63,878 bases of DNA, filler included, from Collodictyon triciliatum (GCA_043381765.1; 8 parts of 8 records of this genome joined end to end with filler, not necessarily neighbours in it); one strand, 5' to 3'. Numbered from the whole stretch's first letter, positions 26,203 to 40,974 are shown. Notes: generated from the letters alone by a model not told the origin. Numbers and translations: made by a program.

Positions 26203-27025
26203 CGTTGCCGGGATAATAACGGGTGTGGGCGAAAGGGGGCTTTCGGGTGCCTGGTGGATACGGCTCTTAGGATTCGTGTGGGGGAGGTGTGGGGCAAGAG
26301 AGTAGTGAAAGGAAGGCGGTGGCTCGGGTGTGGCTGGGCCCGAGGCATCCCTCCCTCTGATCAGGTGGCATGATTTGGCGAGATGTCGTGTTCGAGATTT
26401 GGGGGTTGAGTGGTAATGCAGTTATCTGCCATGGGCGCGATAGACACGATACTCCAAACTTCCGTCAATTCTCACCTCGAGATGAGGGTGTTGTGAAGAG
26501 GGGCTATTCCAATGTGTCATCGTGCTTCCTCATCGCGTCCTGCCCATCCCCCAACTCACTCGCCAAATTCATGGACATATCTCGGGCTACTGGGAGCCAC
26601 ACAGGATGAATGGGAGGGATGCAGAGGCTTCCAGGCCGATTCCAAGACCACACGTTACAGGGGTTTTGGCGTGCTTGTTTGTGAGCGGGGGCGTAGCTAA
26701 TTGAATGAACTACTTACTTGTGCTGCGTGCGTGTAGAGGATTTGTGGTTGAGTGGGATGGAAAATTGGGAAAAATATAAAGGCCACTCCATGTGCAGATC
26801 TGGACATATGGTATATTATATACCATGAGTAGGTGGTGTTTTCTCTCATCTGTTCTTTCCTCCTGCTTCCTCAAGTACGATGCGGTTGTCCAGGATGCCG
26901 AGAGGCCTTTGATGCTGCAGGCTGCTCGATCGCAACAAGAATAAGCCGCCGTCGCAAAGTCCCAGTCGTAGTATCGTCTGCGGTTGAGCTGTATTGGACA
27001 GAAGCTGATCTGTTTACTTCACAGG

Positions 27026-30000
27026 ATGAGCTTTGTGTACGGATTTCCTCGATCGGTCGATGCCACGTTGGCCCAGAGTCGCTCGACATGCGGATCTGCG
27101 CAGGGGCCGACTTTTTCGTTCGAACGGTCTTTTGCTGCTGAGACGGATGGGCGAGTCGTCGATGTGTGCGCTGCTCCGCGCGGTCGCATGGTTGCTGTTA
27201 TTACGGCACACTCGCTGTACATCTGGTCGGTGACGCAGGTAGACAATGATCATTGGAATGCTTCCAGGTCGTAGTTATGTTTTTAACGTATTTTATTTAT
27301 ATTTTCTATTTGGGAGAAAGAAACAGAAGAAAACAAAAGAATCCAGAAAAAAAAAAAACAGATATATCACAGCGGTTTTTTATTTTATTTTTTTTACTTC
27401 TGTTGATAGGAGCGGTATCATTTTGCTTTTATTCGTGTCCAAAAATCAAAACGACATGAATTGAATTTTTTTTCATGTTGAGTCATATATTTGATAAATA
27501 TCTTCTTAATTTATCTTTTGTAATTTAAAATATTACACATGTAGCATAATATTCTTCTGGCAAAATACGGAAGACTCAAAACTAGCATCCAAGAGTTGGG
27601 GATCAATTCGAAAGTTGTCTGGAAATACGATGAGAGCAGTCTTGTTATATCGGTTTGTGCCAAAGACACTCATTGAAGCAAAGTTTCCAGATATTGGGAT
27701 TTGCTAAATAGTACATAAAGGATAAACTAAGTCCTCTTGCTTTCTGTATAACCTTAGCTAATATCTTGTCACAAAATAACCTAATCATCAAGACACAATA
27801 ATAATTGAAATATTGATAACTGATGGTTTTTTTTTAAAAAATAAAAATAAAAATAAAGACGAGCGCAGGTGGACTTGTTTATGTTGGACTATCATCTGTT
27901 GGTAAATATGATGTCCACCTTGGAATCACCCACGCCTCAATATACGACCTTACTCAGCTCACTAAGTTGAAAAATCATCAGCTTAATTGTAGACTTATTC
28001 TAGAAATACATCCGCAAGAATTCCAAGTTGCCTGGTAACATATCTTTCTTTGGCATAAATAAGTCAGATTTTAAGAAATAGAAAACAAATCATCATCAAT
28101 AACAATATACAATAAAAACGACGGGACACTGTTCAAACATAATTCAATAATCCCAAAAACCTTCATGATTCCATTATAATCAACATGTTATTAGATTTGT
28201 GGTCTGTTTTCGGCATTTATAAGCTCATACCTATCATCATTATGTTTTTGCAATTGTTATTTCATATCGCTCTATCTTAATTCTTATTTCTTTTCCCTTT
28301 TCTATCCTTATTTCTGTATAACACGATATCTCATGCATATCCGAGGCAGACCACTTTCACAATTTCATATTCACATAAGCAGAAGGTACATCATTCAAGT
28401 CTTTCAATGCTTATGGAAACATTTATGCAGTATGCTCCGAGTTCGACAATCACTTATTATTGCTACAAAATGCGGGTCATTAAAAGTACTATCCTGGATT
28501 GACCTTGCTGTTCTTCAAGAGTCTCGACTCAGCGACCAATTATCTTACACTGGTTTTTTTTTTAAAAAAAAAAAAAGAAGAAAAATAAATTGCCATTATT
28601 GATTCTCCCTTTTGAAATTTAAACTGCGATAATGGTGTGTTCTGCGTGAATTAAAATAAGTGTATTATTTTCAAAGGTCTTGTGTTAATACGCTTTTATC
28701 CGAATTACTTCTAAACTTGCCTTTATACCCAGCTACGATTGAAGTATCCTCTATGTCCTATGACAGAAAGATAGGCATATTGGCTGTTATCTTCAACGAC
28801 GGAAAAGTCGCACTTTTTCAGCTGAAAACTGATTCTGTAAGTTCGAAATGATAACCCTGTCATTTTTTCCAAAAAAATGAGAGAGAGAGAGAGAAGAAAA
28901 TGGATTATCCATCCAATATCAGAACTCTTCTTTTACATTTGCACTAGCAGAGCCTTTCAGCATCTGAATATTTAAATGGGATATCGGCCGTCTCTGTGCA
29001 ACACGAAGGCTTCGCCACGTCTATCTCAATTAATTCACGTTACATGATTGTCTCGATTGGAAATAAAGAGTATGAATTATTTTTATCAAAAAATCAATCA
29101 TACGGTTGAATAACATCAAAAACTAAGGCAATAATGAATAAACGAAAAAATACAGCGATTATATAAACATCTTCCATCGCCTTATTTCTATATCTGTTCA
29201 AACGTTTTAGTGGATCCGTTGATTGCATAACAGTACCAAAAGGGACTATTCGGGCTCCCTTATCTATAAAGAAACTTCCCATATCTTACGAGATTATGGC
29301 TTCTGGTAAACGATAGTCTTTTTAAATAAGATTCGTGGCTGGACTCCTGTAAGATGTGGCGATTTTTTTTAATGATAATAAAAATAAAAAATAAAAAACA
29401 TATCAGACCCTGGGGAAGTGGTTGACCTCTCATGGAATACGGATCTCAGTTGTCTTGCTGTGGCCTGGAAGAGGGGCGGATTTGCTACTTTCACAAATAG
29501 TGGATGTCGAACATCATCTTCATTTTCACAATCTTACACAAGGTTAAATTGACCCTTCTCGGGCTGTTGAAAATACTTTGAATATGTACAAAAAATAAAT
29601 TCAAGATGGACATGTACCACCATGTTAGATAATGCAACATATTCTTTTAGTTCAATCGAGAGTGATTCATTCAAAAACGGGTCCTGCTGTTTGGTTTGTC
29701 AGACTTTTATACGCATGTATTCTGAAATCATCAATAGTATTTAAATTTTGTAAGCTTAGGACTCTTTCCGAAAGAAATTTAATCAACGATGCATAATTCT
29801 TTTTTTTTCTTTTGTATTTACTCGTGATCTCTTGGATTTTACACGGCCAACCAAATACTAACGAAAATTGGAATATTAGAGTAGTAACATTTCACATATT
29901 AGACGTGGGCGGCATATGGACATAAGCTAGTTATTGTCCCTGAACAAACACAGACTCCAGGAACGATGTTAATATATTCCTTCCTGAAAGTACACCACCA

Positions 30001-32089
30001 GGTATTTTATTTAAACTTTTTTTAATGGCCGCCTTCTTTCGATCGATCACGTGTGTAAGGAATACTTTGTCGATTCCACCAGTCTACTGCTTAATCTCTA
30101 CCTAATTGCTGTTATATTAGCCCGAGGCAGCTCACATATTTTTGTATGGAGACTCTGAGATTTATTTTGTTCAGCCAAATGGAATCCAAACAGGAAACCT
30201 CACACTACAACACATTCAAGTAATTATTTAATGTTCAGATTTAGCTACCCAAAGATTTCCTGGAATCTGCTACTAATGCACACCATAACGAGAAACTTTA
30301 CTTAATTAGTGTATTTTAAAAAAAAACATATATAGGTACCTGACGAATATATCGATATGAATTGGCCAATAAGGGTTCAATTAAATTTTTCGATACATCC
30401 TTAATATTATTTTGAATTTAGAAGGTCTCAATATGATTCATCGAATATAATTTTTTAAAAGATACATCAGGTAGTCATTTTCATTTTGTACTTTTTTTTT
30501 TTTTTTTACCCTCCAATCTTCATTATACAGAATGTGTCTCTCAGCCCCGATGGCTCGATGTTGGCTGTATTCGGTGTTAAAGGCCTTGCTGTCTATTTGG
30601 TTCATCGCCGAAAGTGGAGATTGTTCGGAAATGAAAATCAGGTAAAAAATTATATTTTTTTTTATTAAAATACATATCTATCTAAATGGCCAATAAACTA
30701 TAATGATATAAAATGCATTCCAAGTGAGATTTTTAATGTTCAAAAAGTCACCAAGGATGCGCCTAATTGTAGGAAAAATCAATATCAGCAATCAATATCT
30801 ATTGGTGCAAGAAAATACTATGTGTATTTCATCACAACGGAACGAGAGGCTCATACGAGGCAAATATTCTATGCAAAGCACCATTTCAATATTCAAAATA
30901 TGATTCATTTACGTGAATACCACCATAGTACAATAACAAGACAAAAACTTAATCTTCGATTACCTAGATGATTTTTCTTTCTTCAGATCAGCTCGATTTA
31001 AGTCATCCTTTTGGGAAAATATCGTTTGAAAGGAGGCCTAGTGCGATGTGCTTTGAAAAGGATTATTTGATAGCATTCATGCCAGATAATTGGATATACT
31101 TTTATCATGTCAACATTGAAGCATTTGAAGGGTTATGTAATACCAGATGTTTTTTAATGCGAAACATAAAATGTCACTTTTATTTTTATAATAAATACGC
31201 TGACCGATTTCATATCAGACGATCATTCATATTCATCTTTGCTTCATCACAGCGTCGCCAAAGTTTTCAGTCGATATGATATATGAAGTAAAACTTGATA
31301 CCGAGCTACCTCTTCCATCTGTTATTGTACCACTACCTTTCTCCTTGGATGACTCACAACTGTCGCCACGCGAAAAATGCTGTCCAAAAGAAAATTTTTC
31401 GGAGAAAAGGACCTCAATTCCTATGTGCTGTACTTTTTCAAAAGATTGGCTTATTCGACTTTATTTTCCTCTTTCAATCCTGCAAAATAATAGTAATAAT
31501 CAATGTCTTACTCAACTATCAAAACTATGTGGTTTAATTTCATTATGATTTATAGATCTATCGCTTGTAATCTCCTTTTGATTCGCCCCGGTTCGAATAT
31601 TTACATCGTCGATCTTCGAAACATGAAAGAGGTCCGTCATAATGATATCCTTTTCATTAAAATTCAGATAGCTTTTTATTTGCCCTGAATTCATACATAT
31701 TTTCTGGATCAATATTTTCCATTAAAATTGTATGTCGTCGTTAAAAATGAAACCATTAATGTAGACTTTGTTGATGGAGTCTTTCGAATCAATTTTAATT
31801 CCTTCCCAAAAATGGAGAGATAAAACTACACATAGTTTCTGGATCCACACATCTGAGGGTTGCCAAGTTTGTCCATAAATACCGCAAAATAATCATACAA
31901 GGCATTACCATTGTGGTTTTTTTTTGTTTTTTTCGACTGAATCAATTTGATATCCTTACATTCATCATGTGTTCAGATAATAATTATTATAATCTTAGAA
32001 CATATTTTCTTGTCCAACCTTCCAAGAGGATGCGTTTCCTTTACCACGCGGCAGTATCCTTCCATTCGAACCCGAGGTTTATCCAGCGG
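27026..32089 (+). CDS. RIC1: RIC1 (Rab6/Ypt6 GEF complex subunit), 5' part; truncated at scaffold edge
   Basis: N-terminus MSFVYGFPR, WD40-like exons, hallmark VPDEYIDMNWPIR/NVSLSPDG.MLAV.G.KGLAVY....KWRLFGNENQE and LPFEPEVYP; about 17 exons in frame, one GC donor at 30860. Confidence 0.85.
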
Positions 32090-32422
32090 GTGATCCAATT
32101 ATTATTGTTATTATTGTTATTGTTATTATTGTTATTGTTATTATTGTTATTGTTATTATTGTTATTGTTATTATTGTTATTGTTATTATTGTTATTGTTA
32201 TTGNNNNNNNNNNNNNNNNNNNNNNNNNNNNNNNNNNNNNNNNNNNNTTAATTAATTAANNNNNNNNNNNNNNNNNNNNNNNNNNNNNNNNNNNNNNNNN
32301 NNNCTCTTTTTTTCTCTCTTTTTTCTCTCTTTTTTCTTCTTTTTTCGTTACTATACTATACGATATTTATGCGCTTTATGTCGTAATAGTTTTATTATTA
32401 TGATTACCATAAGTGCTATCTT

Positions 32423-32490
<68 letters not shown>

Positions 32491-32583
32491 GTTTTTTTTT
32501 GGTTTTTTTTATCTTTTATTTACTTCTTCATATGCCGATGATCAAAAAAAAATGCTTAAAAATATTTTATTTATTTCAATCAG

Positions 32584-35321
32584 GAGCTGTTTGGAATGTA
32601 CGCCAGAAGAGCTAAATTGGGCCATGATGTTGACGATTTACGTTCGTGTTTTTACCGTTTGGTTGAGTATAGTCAGAGGCGGATTGCACAGTAATTTCTA
32701 TCTATAATTTACCACATCGAAACCTTCCCCCACGAATAAGAGTATGATATCGACCAATCACGTAATGCGAATGTTTGAGTTTTACACTTATCAATAATCA
32801 CAAAATTGAAGGAGAAGAATTGTGCATTTGATTGTGTCCCGGAGAATATGGAGAGTTTTTCATCAAGCATTTATCTTTTGGAAGTTCAAGGTTTAAAAAA
32901 ATGGATGATTACATTTGTCATTAAGCAAATTACGTAAATTGAAATGAAAATACAGATGCAAAATGGATGATATATTAAATCGTCCTATTTTGGTGCAACT
33001 ATACTCAGGGCCCTAGAATAGTGGACCCGCTTCCCGAAGAAGATCAGATATCTGCTGATTTGTGGCTATGGGCAGATTATTTTGGAAAAAGATGCACGTA
33101 CCGTGACCAGATGATTGGAACAACGAAAGAAAGAAAAGTTGAAGTGAATATTTCCCCTCTTTTACATTTTTTTTAAAAAAAAAAAAATTGTCAGTAATTT
33201 CAAATACAGGATCATATTTTCATCACTTTATCGTACCTTTTTGCAAACAAAAAAAAAAAGGTTACTGAGGCCATGCTAGGATTGCCAAAGTATCGGTATA
33301 GAAAGAAGTGTGAGGAATTCGAATCCGAATTAGATAGCAGAATCAGATATGAACAATCACTTTTGCTGTTGTATTTTGAGGTTGGTGATATCTGTATTAT
33401 TATGAAGGGAATAAAATACTATCAAAACCAAGAAAGTCTCGCAAAGAAGCATCCATTTTAAATTAGGATTCTCGTATATTGTGGAAATATATATATATAT
33501 ATTATTGGCTAGTGAGGATGTCAAAAATATTTAAAAGAACATTTCTTTTTTCTTCTTTTTTTTTTTTTGATTTATTGCTTTAACAATTTTGACTAATACA
33601 GATTTTTTTATTTCAACAAATTTCATTTTTTTTATATATTTTCGTGGGATAGACACATCCATCTTTGCTTGCCCCTAGCAAACACATCGAGCTGGTGCGG
33701 CTTCGAAACGTAGAGCTTCGCATGATATTTGATTATTGCAGAGTAAGTAGTATAGAATGAAAGGAAATTATACTCTATTTTATGTACTAAATGTTATTGA
33801 ATCACGCTGTAAATTTTATTCACGTTTGCTTTAGGCTCTATTGTACTCTCTATACGTCCCTATTTTCAATCCTTCCTGTCATTACTGTTTATGGATTTGA
33901 TGTTAAAAGGGAACATCTCATATGTCTGATGTGTAAAAGAGGGCTTATTGTCATTTCTAATTTTGATGGTTTGCGAAATTTTCCATTTTACTTCCTAGGA
34001 ATTTGGCTCTTATCTAATGCGGGATACGTTGGCGCACGATGTTTGTCCGCAAGTCAAAAAATACACAATGGCTTTTGGGGTATGTAATTGGTTTTTTTAA
34101 AAAAAAATTATTCTCCCTTTCAATTTGTGCAAGATGATGGGGATTTTCACTTATGGGGTTTGCACTTTCCTGACTTTGATGTATGATGAAAGGGAAGAAA
34201 AGAAATCAAATCAAAAGAATAGAATAATATGTTTCATGTGTATATGCTTTCATAAATTTACGACATGAAAGGGGGAGAAAAAAGTTACTTGCACATGCCT
34301 ATATTTTGAAATTGTTTCTTTGTTTATTTCTCCGCTTATTTTTTTTNNNNNNNNNNNNNNNNNNNNNNNNNNNNNNNNNNNNNNNNNNNNNNNNNNNNNN
34401 NNNNNNNNNNNNNNNNNNNNNNNNNNNNNNNNNNNNNNNNNNNNNNNNNNNNNNNNNNNNNNNNNNNNNNNNNNNNNNNNNNNNNNNNNNNNNNNNNNNN
34501 NNNNNNNNNNNNNNNNNNNNNNNNNNNNNNNNNNNNNNNNNNNNNNNNNNNNNNNNNNNNNNNNNNNNNNNNNNNNNNNNNNNNNNNNNNNNNNNNNNNN
34601 NNNNNNNNNNNNNNNNNNNNNNNNNNNNNNNNNNNNNNNNNNNNNNNNNNNNNNNNNNNNNNNNNNNNNNNNNNNNNNNNNNNNNNNNNNNNNNNNNNNN
34701 NNNNNNNNNNNNNNNNNNNNNNNNNNNNNNNNNNNNNNNNNNNNNNNNNNNNNNNNNNNNNNNNNNNNNNNNNNNNNNNNNNNNNNNNNNNNNNNNNNNN
34801 NNNNNNNNNNNNNNNNNNNNNNNNTCTCTCTTTTTTTCTCTCTCTTTTTTTCTCTCTCTTTTTTTCTCTCTCTTTTTTTCTCTACATACAATCCTAGAGC
34901 GCATTGGTGCAAGAGACCTTTAAAATCAACATCATTCTGAAACAAAACAAAAAAAGCTGTAGACCCGGAGCTTCCTGTGACAAAGACTTATTGGCGGCAC
35001 ATACAGCACCTTATTTCACTAGTCTCTCATCCCGAGTATCCCGACAACATCGCCAACATGAACATCCATACGTTTCAGCACATAGGAAAATATCATGTAT
35101 TGCAACGCGAGCAAACAACTGGATCTATGCATTTATCTCTTTCTCCCGAAGGGAACCGTACAAAGTATTCTCGAAAATCGAGCTTCCTGAACTCGTCTGG
35201 TAGAGGCTCGCCTTATCATTCGCACTCAGCATCCTTCAATGCCAATATGAGCACACTTCTGTACACACCAGCATCATCAGAGAACGCAGCAGAGAAGGTA
35301 GAGTCCTTTGTCTTGATGTGA
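32584..35321 (+). CDS. Hypothetical protein, multi-exon, 5'-partial and interrupted by an N gap
   Basis: Successive AG/GT-bounded open exons (ELFGMYARRAKLG..., GPRIVDPLPEEDQISADLWLWADYFG..., LPKYRYRKKCEEF..., EFGSYLMRDTLAHDVCP...) ending at stop 35321; no family recognised. Confidence 0.55.
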
Positions 35322-36680
35322 CCATGTCTCCATCCATAAATGTTTATAACCAAAGTACTGGATGATAGCAACACGACCTAGATTGCAGATAGGAGCGAAA
35401 TGGGAGACAAGTAAGAAAAGGGAGATAGAAGAATGACGGATTTGAATTGTGTTTTTTTATATATATACATATATTGATTGGCGTTGTGGTTGTGTCTGTA
35501 GATAACACCGTCTCTGCCCCTTTTAGATTTTTCCAGATATGCACATGAAAAGGGTTGAATACTGCCCGCTTTATTTCTATTTGTAGGTTTCATATGTTTG
35601 TTGACATTTATATACCTTTTATAGAAATTACGTTCGCTACTCGTGGCGTGCTACTACGAACAGATTCAGTGAAGTTGCTTCGATGTTTTTTGTGTTTCTT
35701 TAATTGGTCTTTCGCAAGTGGTCGAATTTAAGTTTGTTCCAAAAAAGTAGCCGCGTTCGACAACAAGGTATATAAAATGCCAGCATATTTGTACTTTTTG
35801 TCAAGTAACATTGTGTGGGGTATGTGTGCGTGGATTGAGCAAAGTCCAGAATCGTGGGATAGCGTACAATAGCATGATGAGAAGACAAGCTAGCTGGACT
35901 GCGCTAACTCTTTGCTACATGATAGCCAAAGTCGCTATGTTTGTGTGCAGTTAAAACTTCTAAAAGAAAATGAAAGAATCGATTTGTAAAGTCCTTGCGT
36001 TTCATGGCGATTTCGTGATTTGGTGTTAGATTATTTTTTTTTGGAAAACCGAAAAAAACAAAAAAGAGAATGAAAGAGAAGTTGGGCGCAATCTTGAAAG
36101 ATTGGTAGAACGCCAAAAAGGTGCAAACTCTGGCCCATACCATCCATTCAACAAGATAAGCCTTTTTGTTTCCTCTTCAAAAAAAAAAACACGGGGAAAG
36201 AAAGAAAAAGAACGAAAGCATGAATCACCAGCAACAAAAAAAATTTTTTTTTTTTAAAAAAAAAAAAAGAAAATAAATTCAACAGCAGAATAAACCACGA
36301 CAACCACCACAGTATCGGACAAATTTGCAGTTGTGGAAACCAAGCACAAAAAAAAAAAAAGAAGGAAAAAGAAAGCGAATAAAGGCCGGTTTCACTGAAT
36401 AGTCTCATTGCCAAGCGAGCCAGACACGGGTATTTATTGCCAAAGCACCGCCAGCCCGCCGTCAGTGAGCTTTTCGATCTGGGCAGCCATGCGGTAGCAA
36501 TATCCTGGCCTCGCAGGCACCACCGCCTCGGCCCCCCATCCGACTACCGGGTCAGCCCCAGCTGCTCGCACCGCATCTGCACACGCACTACTCTCCTACT
36601 CCCCCTACTCTTCCCTACTCTCCCTACTCTCCCTCTCCCCTACTCTCCAACCGCCCGTGCACCGAGCAACACAACCGCCA

Positions 36681-37543
36681 ATGCTGGGCAGCAGCGACTC
36701 GGACCCGCCCCCGCCCCCGCATCTGCATCCGCCCCCGCATCCGCCCCCGCATCTCCAACCGCAACCGCATCCGCACGCGGCGGATCCGCTGCCACTCAAG
36801 CCGCACGGACGCAAGCAGCCGACGCGGTGGACGCCGGAGGAGGACGACCTGCTGCGACAGGCGCACGCCAAGGACAAGTGCTGGGCCGAGATTGCACGGT
36901 GCGCCGCCTCATCTTTTCTCAATCCCATCCCATCTTCTCTCATCCTCATCTTCCCTCATCCTCATCTTCTCTCGATCCCATCCCCATCCTCATCTTCTCT
37001 CGATCCCATCCCCATCTTCTCTCATCCCCATCTTCTCTCGATCCTCATCTTCTCTCGATCCTCATCCCTTCTCCGCGCAGGGCCCTGCACGCGCTGTCGG
37101 GCGGGCGGTTCGTGCGGTCGGCGGAGCAGTGCTCGCAGCGGTGGGGGCGGGTGATCGGGCCGGGGATCCGCAAGGGCGCGTGGACGGGCGAGGAGGACGC
37201 GCAGCTGGCGGAGGCGGTGGGCCGGTGGGGCGTGCGGGCGTGGGCGCGCATCTCGGCAGGCATCCCCGGCCGCACGGACATCCAGTGCCGCACCCGCTGG
37301 CTGCAGACCCGCCACCGCCAGCTCCTCGCCTCCCGCCTGCGCCACGACCCCGCCCTCCACCCCATGCACCGCATGCAGTCCGTCGACTTTGAGTTCCGCC
37401 CCGACCTCCTCTGCCGCCGGCCCCGCAGCACCCCCGCGCACCAGCCGCACGCGCACCGGCCACACGCGCAGCCACACACGCAGCCACAGCACCCCGCCAC
37501 CCGGCCGCCGGACCGCCTCTCCCTCAGCTTCATCCTCAACTGA
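36681..37543 (+). CDS. Two-repeat (R2R3-like) Myb transcription factor; intron 36899-37080
   Basis: RWTPEEDDLL...WAEIAR/...RSAEQCSQRW and KGAWTGEEDAQL...WARISAGIPGRTDIQCRTRW; P/H-rich flanks; C-terminal LSLSFILN. Confidence 0.88.
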
Positions 37544-37598
37544 CCACATACACACCCCCACCCCACCCCCACCCGCCTGTCGTCTCCGTCCCCTCCGT

Positions 37599-40500
37599 TT
37601 ATTTGTGCGCCGCTGCGGCCGTGCGGACGGCGTCTTCGATCTGCGCGGATGCGTGAGTGTGGCTGCAGAGGGAAAGGGAAGCAAAGGGAGGGAAAGAAGA
37701 GGACGGCGTGTCCCTCTCACCTGCGACAGGCGCGTGTGCAGCTCCAGCGTGCTGTCGGTGATGTGCTGCAGCTCCGTGCGGATCGCGTCCAGCAGCGGGT
37801 CCTTCTGTTTGTTTGTGTTTGTTTGTTTGTTTGTGTGCGGTTATTTGTGTGTTTGTGTGTGTGCGAACCTGCAGGGCGATTTCGCTCCGGTCGACAAAGT
37901 ACTGGTAGTGCCTCCTCACCTTCCGCCATTTGTACAGGGCTGTGATGGCCTGTGGGGTGTCGCCTGCGTTCAGTGTCGTTCTCTCCTTCTCCCCTTCTTT
38001 TTCGCCATTACGGTGCAGGGCGGGAGGAAGGGAGAGCCTGGGAGATGAGAGGAGGGAAAACGTAAAGGTGTTTGTTATGAAAGGAAACCTCCAGTCTCAT
38101 CTTCATGGTCTTCTCAGGTGACCGCCGCAGGCGCCAAATCCGCTGCACGGCCACGGCTGCTGCGTGCTTCATTTTCTTGCTCCATATTTCCTGCGAGTGG
38201 GATGTCATATTCGTAACTACATTAATGTTGGCTCCTCTTCTTTTTTTTTCTTCTTTTTTCTTCTTTTTTCTTCTTTTTTCTTCTTTTTTCTTCTTTTTTC
38301 TTCTTTTTTGACTGTGACAGAAAACTTGATGCGTCGAAGCTTGAGTTTCGTTAATTAATTAAATAAAATGTGAAAAGGCATTCTCCCGTGGTGAAACAAA
38401 GAAAGAAAATGAGTGATAGTCTGAAAACTATCCATTTTAAAATATTGCATTCCTGTGCTAGTTTTTTTTGGTTATTGTTTTTTGTTTTTTTTTAAGAAAA
38501 AAAAAACATACATCAGCAAGCAGATTTACGACCCGCATTTGAGGGAATGACAACTTCAAGCTCTGGTCTACAATACTAATCAATAATGCTGTTGCTACAA
38601 GCCCCCATGCACTTGCTAGAAAGTATATTGTTAGTATATAATTATATATATATATAAAAGTGGATACGACTTATATTTTTCTTTCATGACATCGTTACGC
38701 TTGATTGTCCTTAGAATAACCTATGTTGATAAAAAAAAAGATAAGCATCCCTCATGTGAAATGAAATCCATACCTAATATCACTACCATCCTGGCACAAT
38801 ACGTTTTCACGCTGATGTCTCCATATCCGATTGTTGCAATGGTCACGTACATATACCAAATGGTCTCAACATAGTCTTCGTTTTGAGTTCCAGGAGTGTT
38901 GCATTCACATAATCTCACCGCGTATCCAAATACAAAGATATTGATCAAAAGGGACTAAAATTGTTGAATTATCGTTTGTCAGGCTCGTAGTAATTAAGAA
39001 ATAGGAAAGGGAGAGAGATAAGAGGAGGAGGAAGGAGGAAGGAAAAAAAAATGATTCCAAAGAGAATTTAATCTTGTTTCACTCAAACATGACCACCTTT
39101 TTTTTTTTAAAAAAAAAAAAAAAAAAGTAAATGCTGCATGCATATTTACTCTATGATGATATAACACCACTAAAAGTATTACTCTCAAAAACTTACTGTG
39201 AGTAAGAAAATGTAAGGTTGACTATGAAGAAAGGCCTTCATTGAAAAAGATGATGTTATATTGACGTGATTGAATTTCCCCAAGAGCTCAACTTTCTTGC
39301 TGTAATATCCAGTGAGATACTTCATCATTCGATCTTATTGAATGTAGAAGAAACCAAATTAAAGGCTTAGTATCCGCACATGCTTAGACACGTGGGTATA
39401 TTAATATTCATTACTTGTTTATTTAATGGTATTATTGATATTATAATCATTGATATCATAATTGTTGATATTGCTGTTTGGTTTGATGGAGATAGTCCTA
39501 AATTAAATAGAAAGATGTCGCGAATTTCTTGATTTCATCGATATTTTTTCATTAAAATATTGATCAAATCAGATGGATAAGTAACAACGTACATAACAAA
39601 TATATTCTAAATAGCATTATTATTCCAAAAAGAGCATCCCAGTTGTAAGTTACAGTGTCTCCCGTTACTGTTTTGTTATTAAGCATAATGATCAATTGGT
39701 TTATTCAATATTACTCATATGAATCATAAATGTATTTCATCATTTAAAAATTATTTTCTTGAATGACCTTGTCGTTTTCTTCAATTAGTATTATCAATTG
39801 ACAAAACCGCACTCACTTCCATGGAAAGTAATGGAAGAGTCCAACCCTGGTATTGGATGAATGAAAATGATGAAAGCTTCGATTAAGTACTGTACCACTA
39901 ATTGATGCGGAAGTATCATCGCTACATGAAAAGGGAAATGGTTTCTAATCAGATTCGCTCCTTTTTTCTAAAAAAATATATATTAAAGATATGTATTTCG
40001 AGAGGATTGGTTGACTGGTTTAAATCAAGATTCTGATACATACATACATACATACATACATACATACATACATACATACATACATACATACATACATACA
40101 TACATACATACATACATACATACATACATACATACATACATACATACATACACATCACATACATATACAAAAAAGGTATACTTTCGACAATTGGGCCACG
40201 ATGAAAGATAACATCATCAAACTTGGCCTTGTAGTACTTGTAAAGAGCATATTCTATTTTCATTTCATTGGAATGGCTGGTATTAGTCATTCAAAATTAA
40301 TTCAAGTACCCAACCATCTAAAATTTTCTTTTTTTAAAAAAAAAACCAACTGATTTTAGTAATTTTTTTTGTTCCAGGTACCTGACACCATTGTGCTTAT
40401 ACTTATTGCAACTTTTAAGCAAGTAGTGATCACGCTTCCTTCTCCATCCTGGTGAATCAGTACTTCATTCTTGTATGAAAAAAATATCAATTTAGGATAC

Positions 40501-40974
40501 TTAAAGTTCTCATCTTAAAAAGGTATACCTATTTTGCTAGCATGGGTGATTACATGAAAAATACCATTTGGTAAGAATAAAAAAAAATTAGGCTATACCT
40601 CAATAACCATTAAAGCAACCCCGATTCCAGCGGATATAAATAATAAGACCATGTTGTTATAGAATCTACCAGATATATTCTTTCTCTGATTCAATATGGC
40701 AAACGTGTCCCCTTTTCTAAAGTTTTCTCTTATATCGATGAATTAAGTTAGCATCGATTTTTATATTTTTGAAAAGAAAAAAGACAGTTAACCCAGTGGG
40801 TCTCTTCATTAATATCAGAAACCTAATAAGGCACATTCATTTTTTGTGCTTGTTTTCTTTAGTTTTGTACTTAATCTCCGATGATCTTTTTAATTGTTTT
40901 CAGATCTGTATATCATGAATAAAATATAAAAAAGTAGACCCAATTATACCTCCTACTTCCTGGTAATTTTCCAT
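37599..40974 (-). CDS. Small-conductance Ca2+-activated K+ channel (SK/KCa2-like); start codon uncertain
   Basis: Pore TIATIGYGDI, S3 IHPIPG, S4 MLFRIYL, S6 GLVATALLISIV, CaM-binding-like KMKHAAAVAVQRIWR, C-terminal coiled coil; canonical introns. Confidence 0.85.

Noticed and set aside
26808-26826. Short AT-rich inverted repeat in the RPS12/RIC1 divergent promoter
   Set aside because: A 9-bp AT-rich stem is within chance expectation for this composition
32054-32061. U12-type donor-like GTATCCTT
   Set aside because: Lies inside an in-frame RIC1 exon (GSILPF); none of the inferred introns needed U12 or AT-AC boundaries
35600-36000. Candidate tRNA or snoRNA (GTTCG hairpin, ATGATGA C-box)
   Set aside because: No cloverleaf and no suitably placed CTGA D-box or terminal stem found by eye
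36437-38048. Many long overlapping ORFs on both strands
   Set aside because: A by-product of high GC and stop scarcity; the spliced Myb and SK exons explain the region
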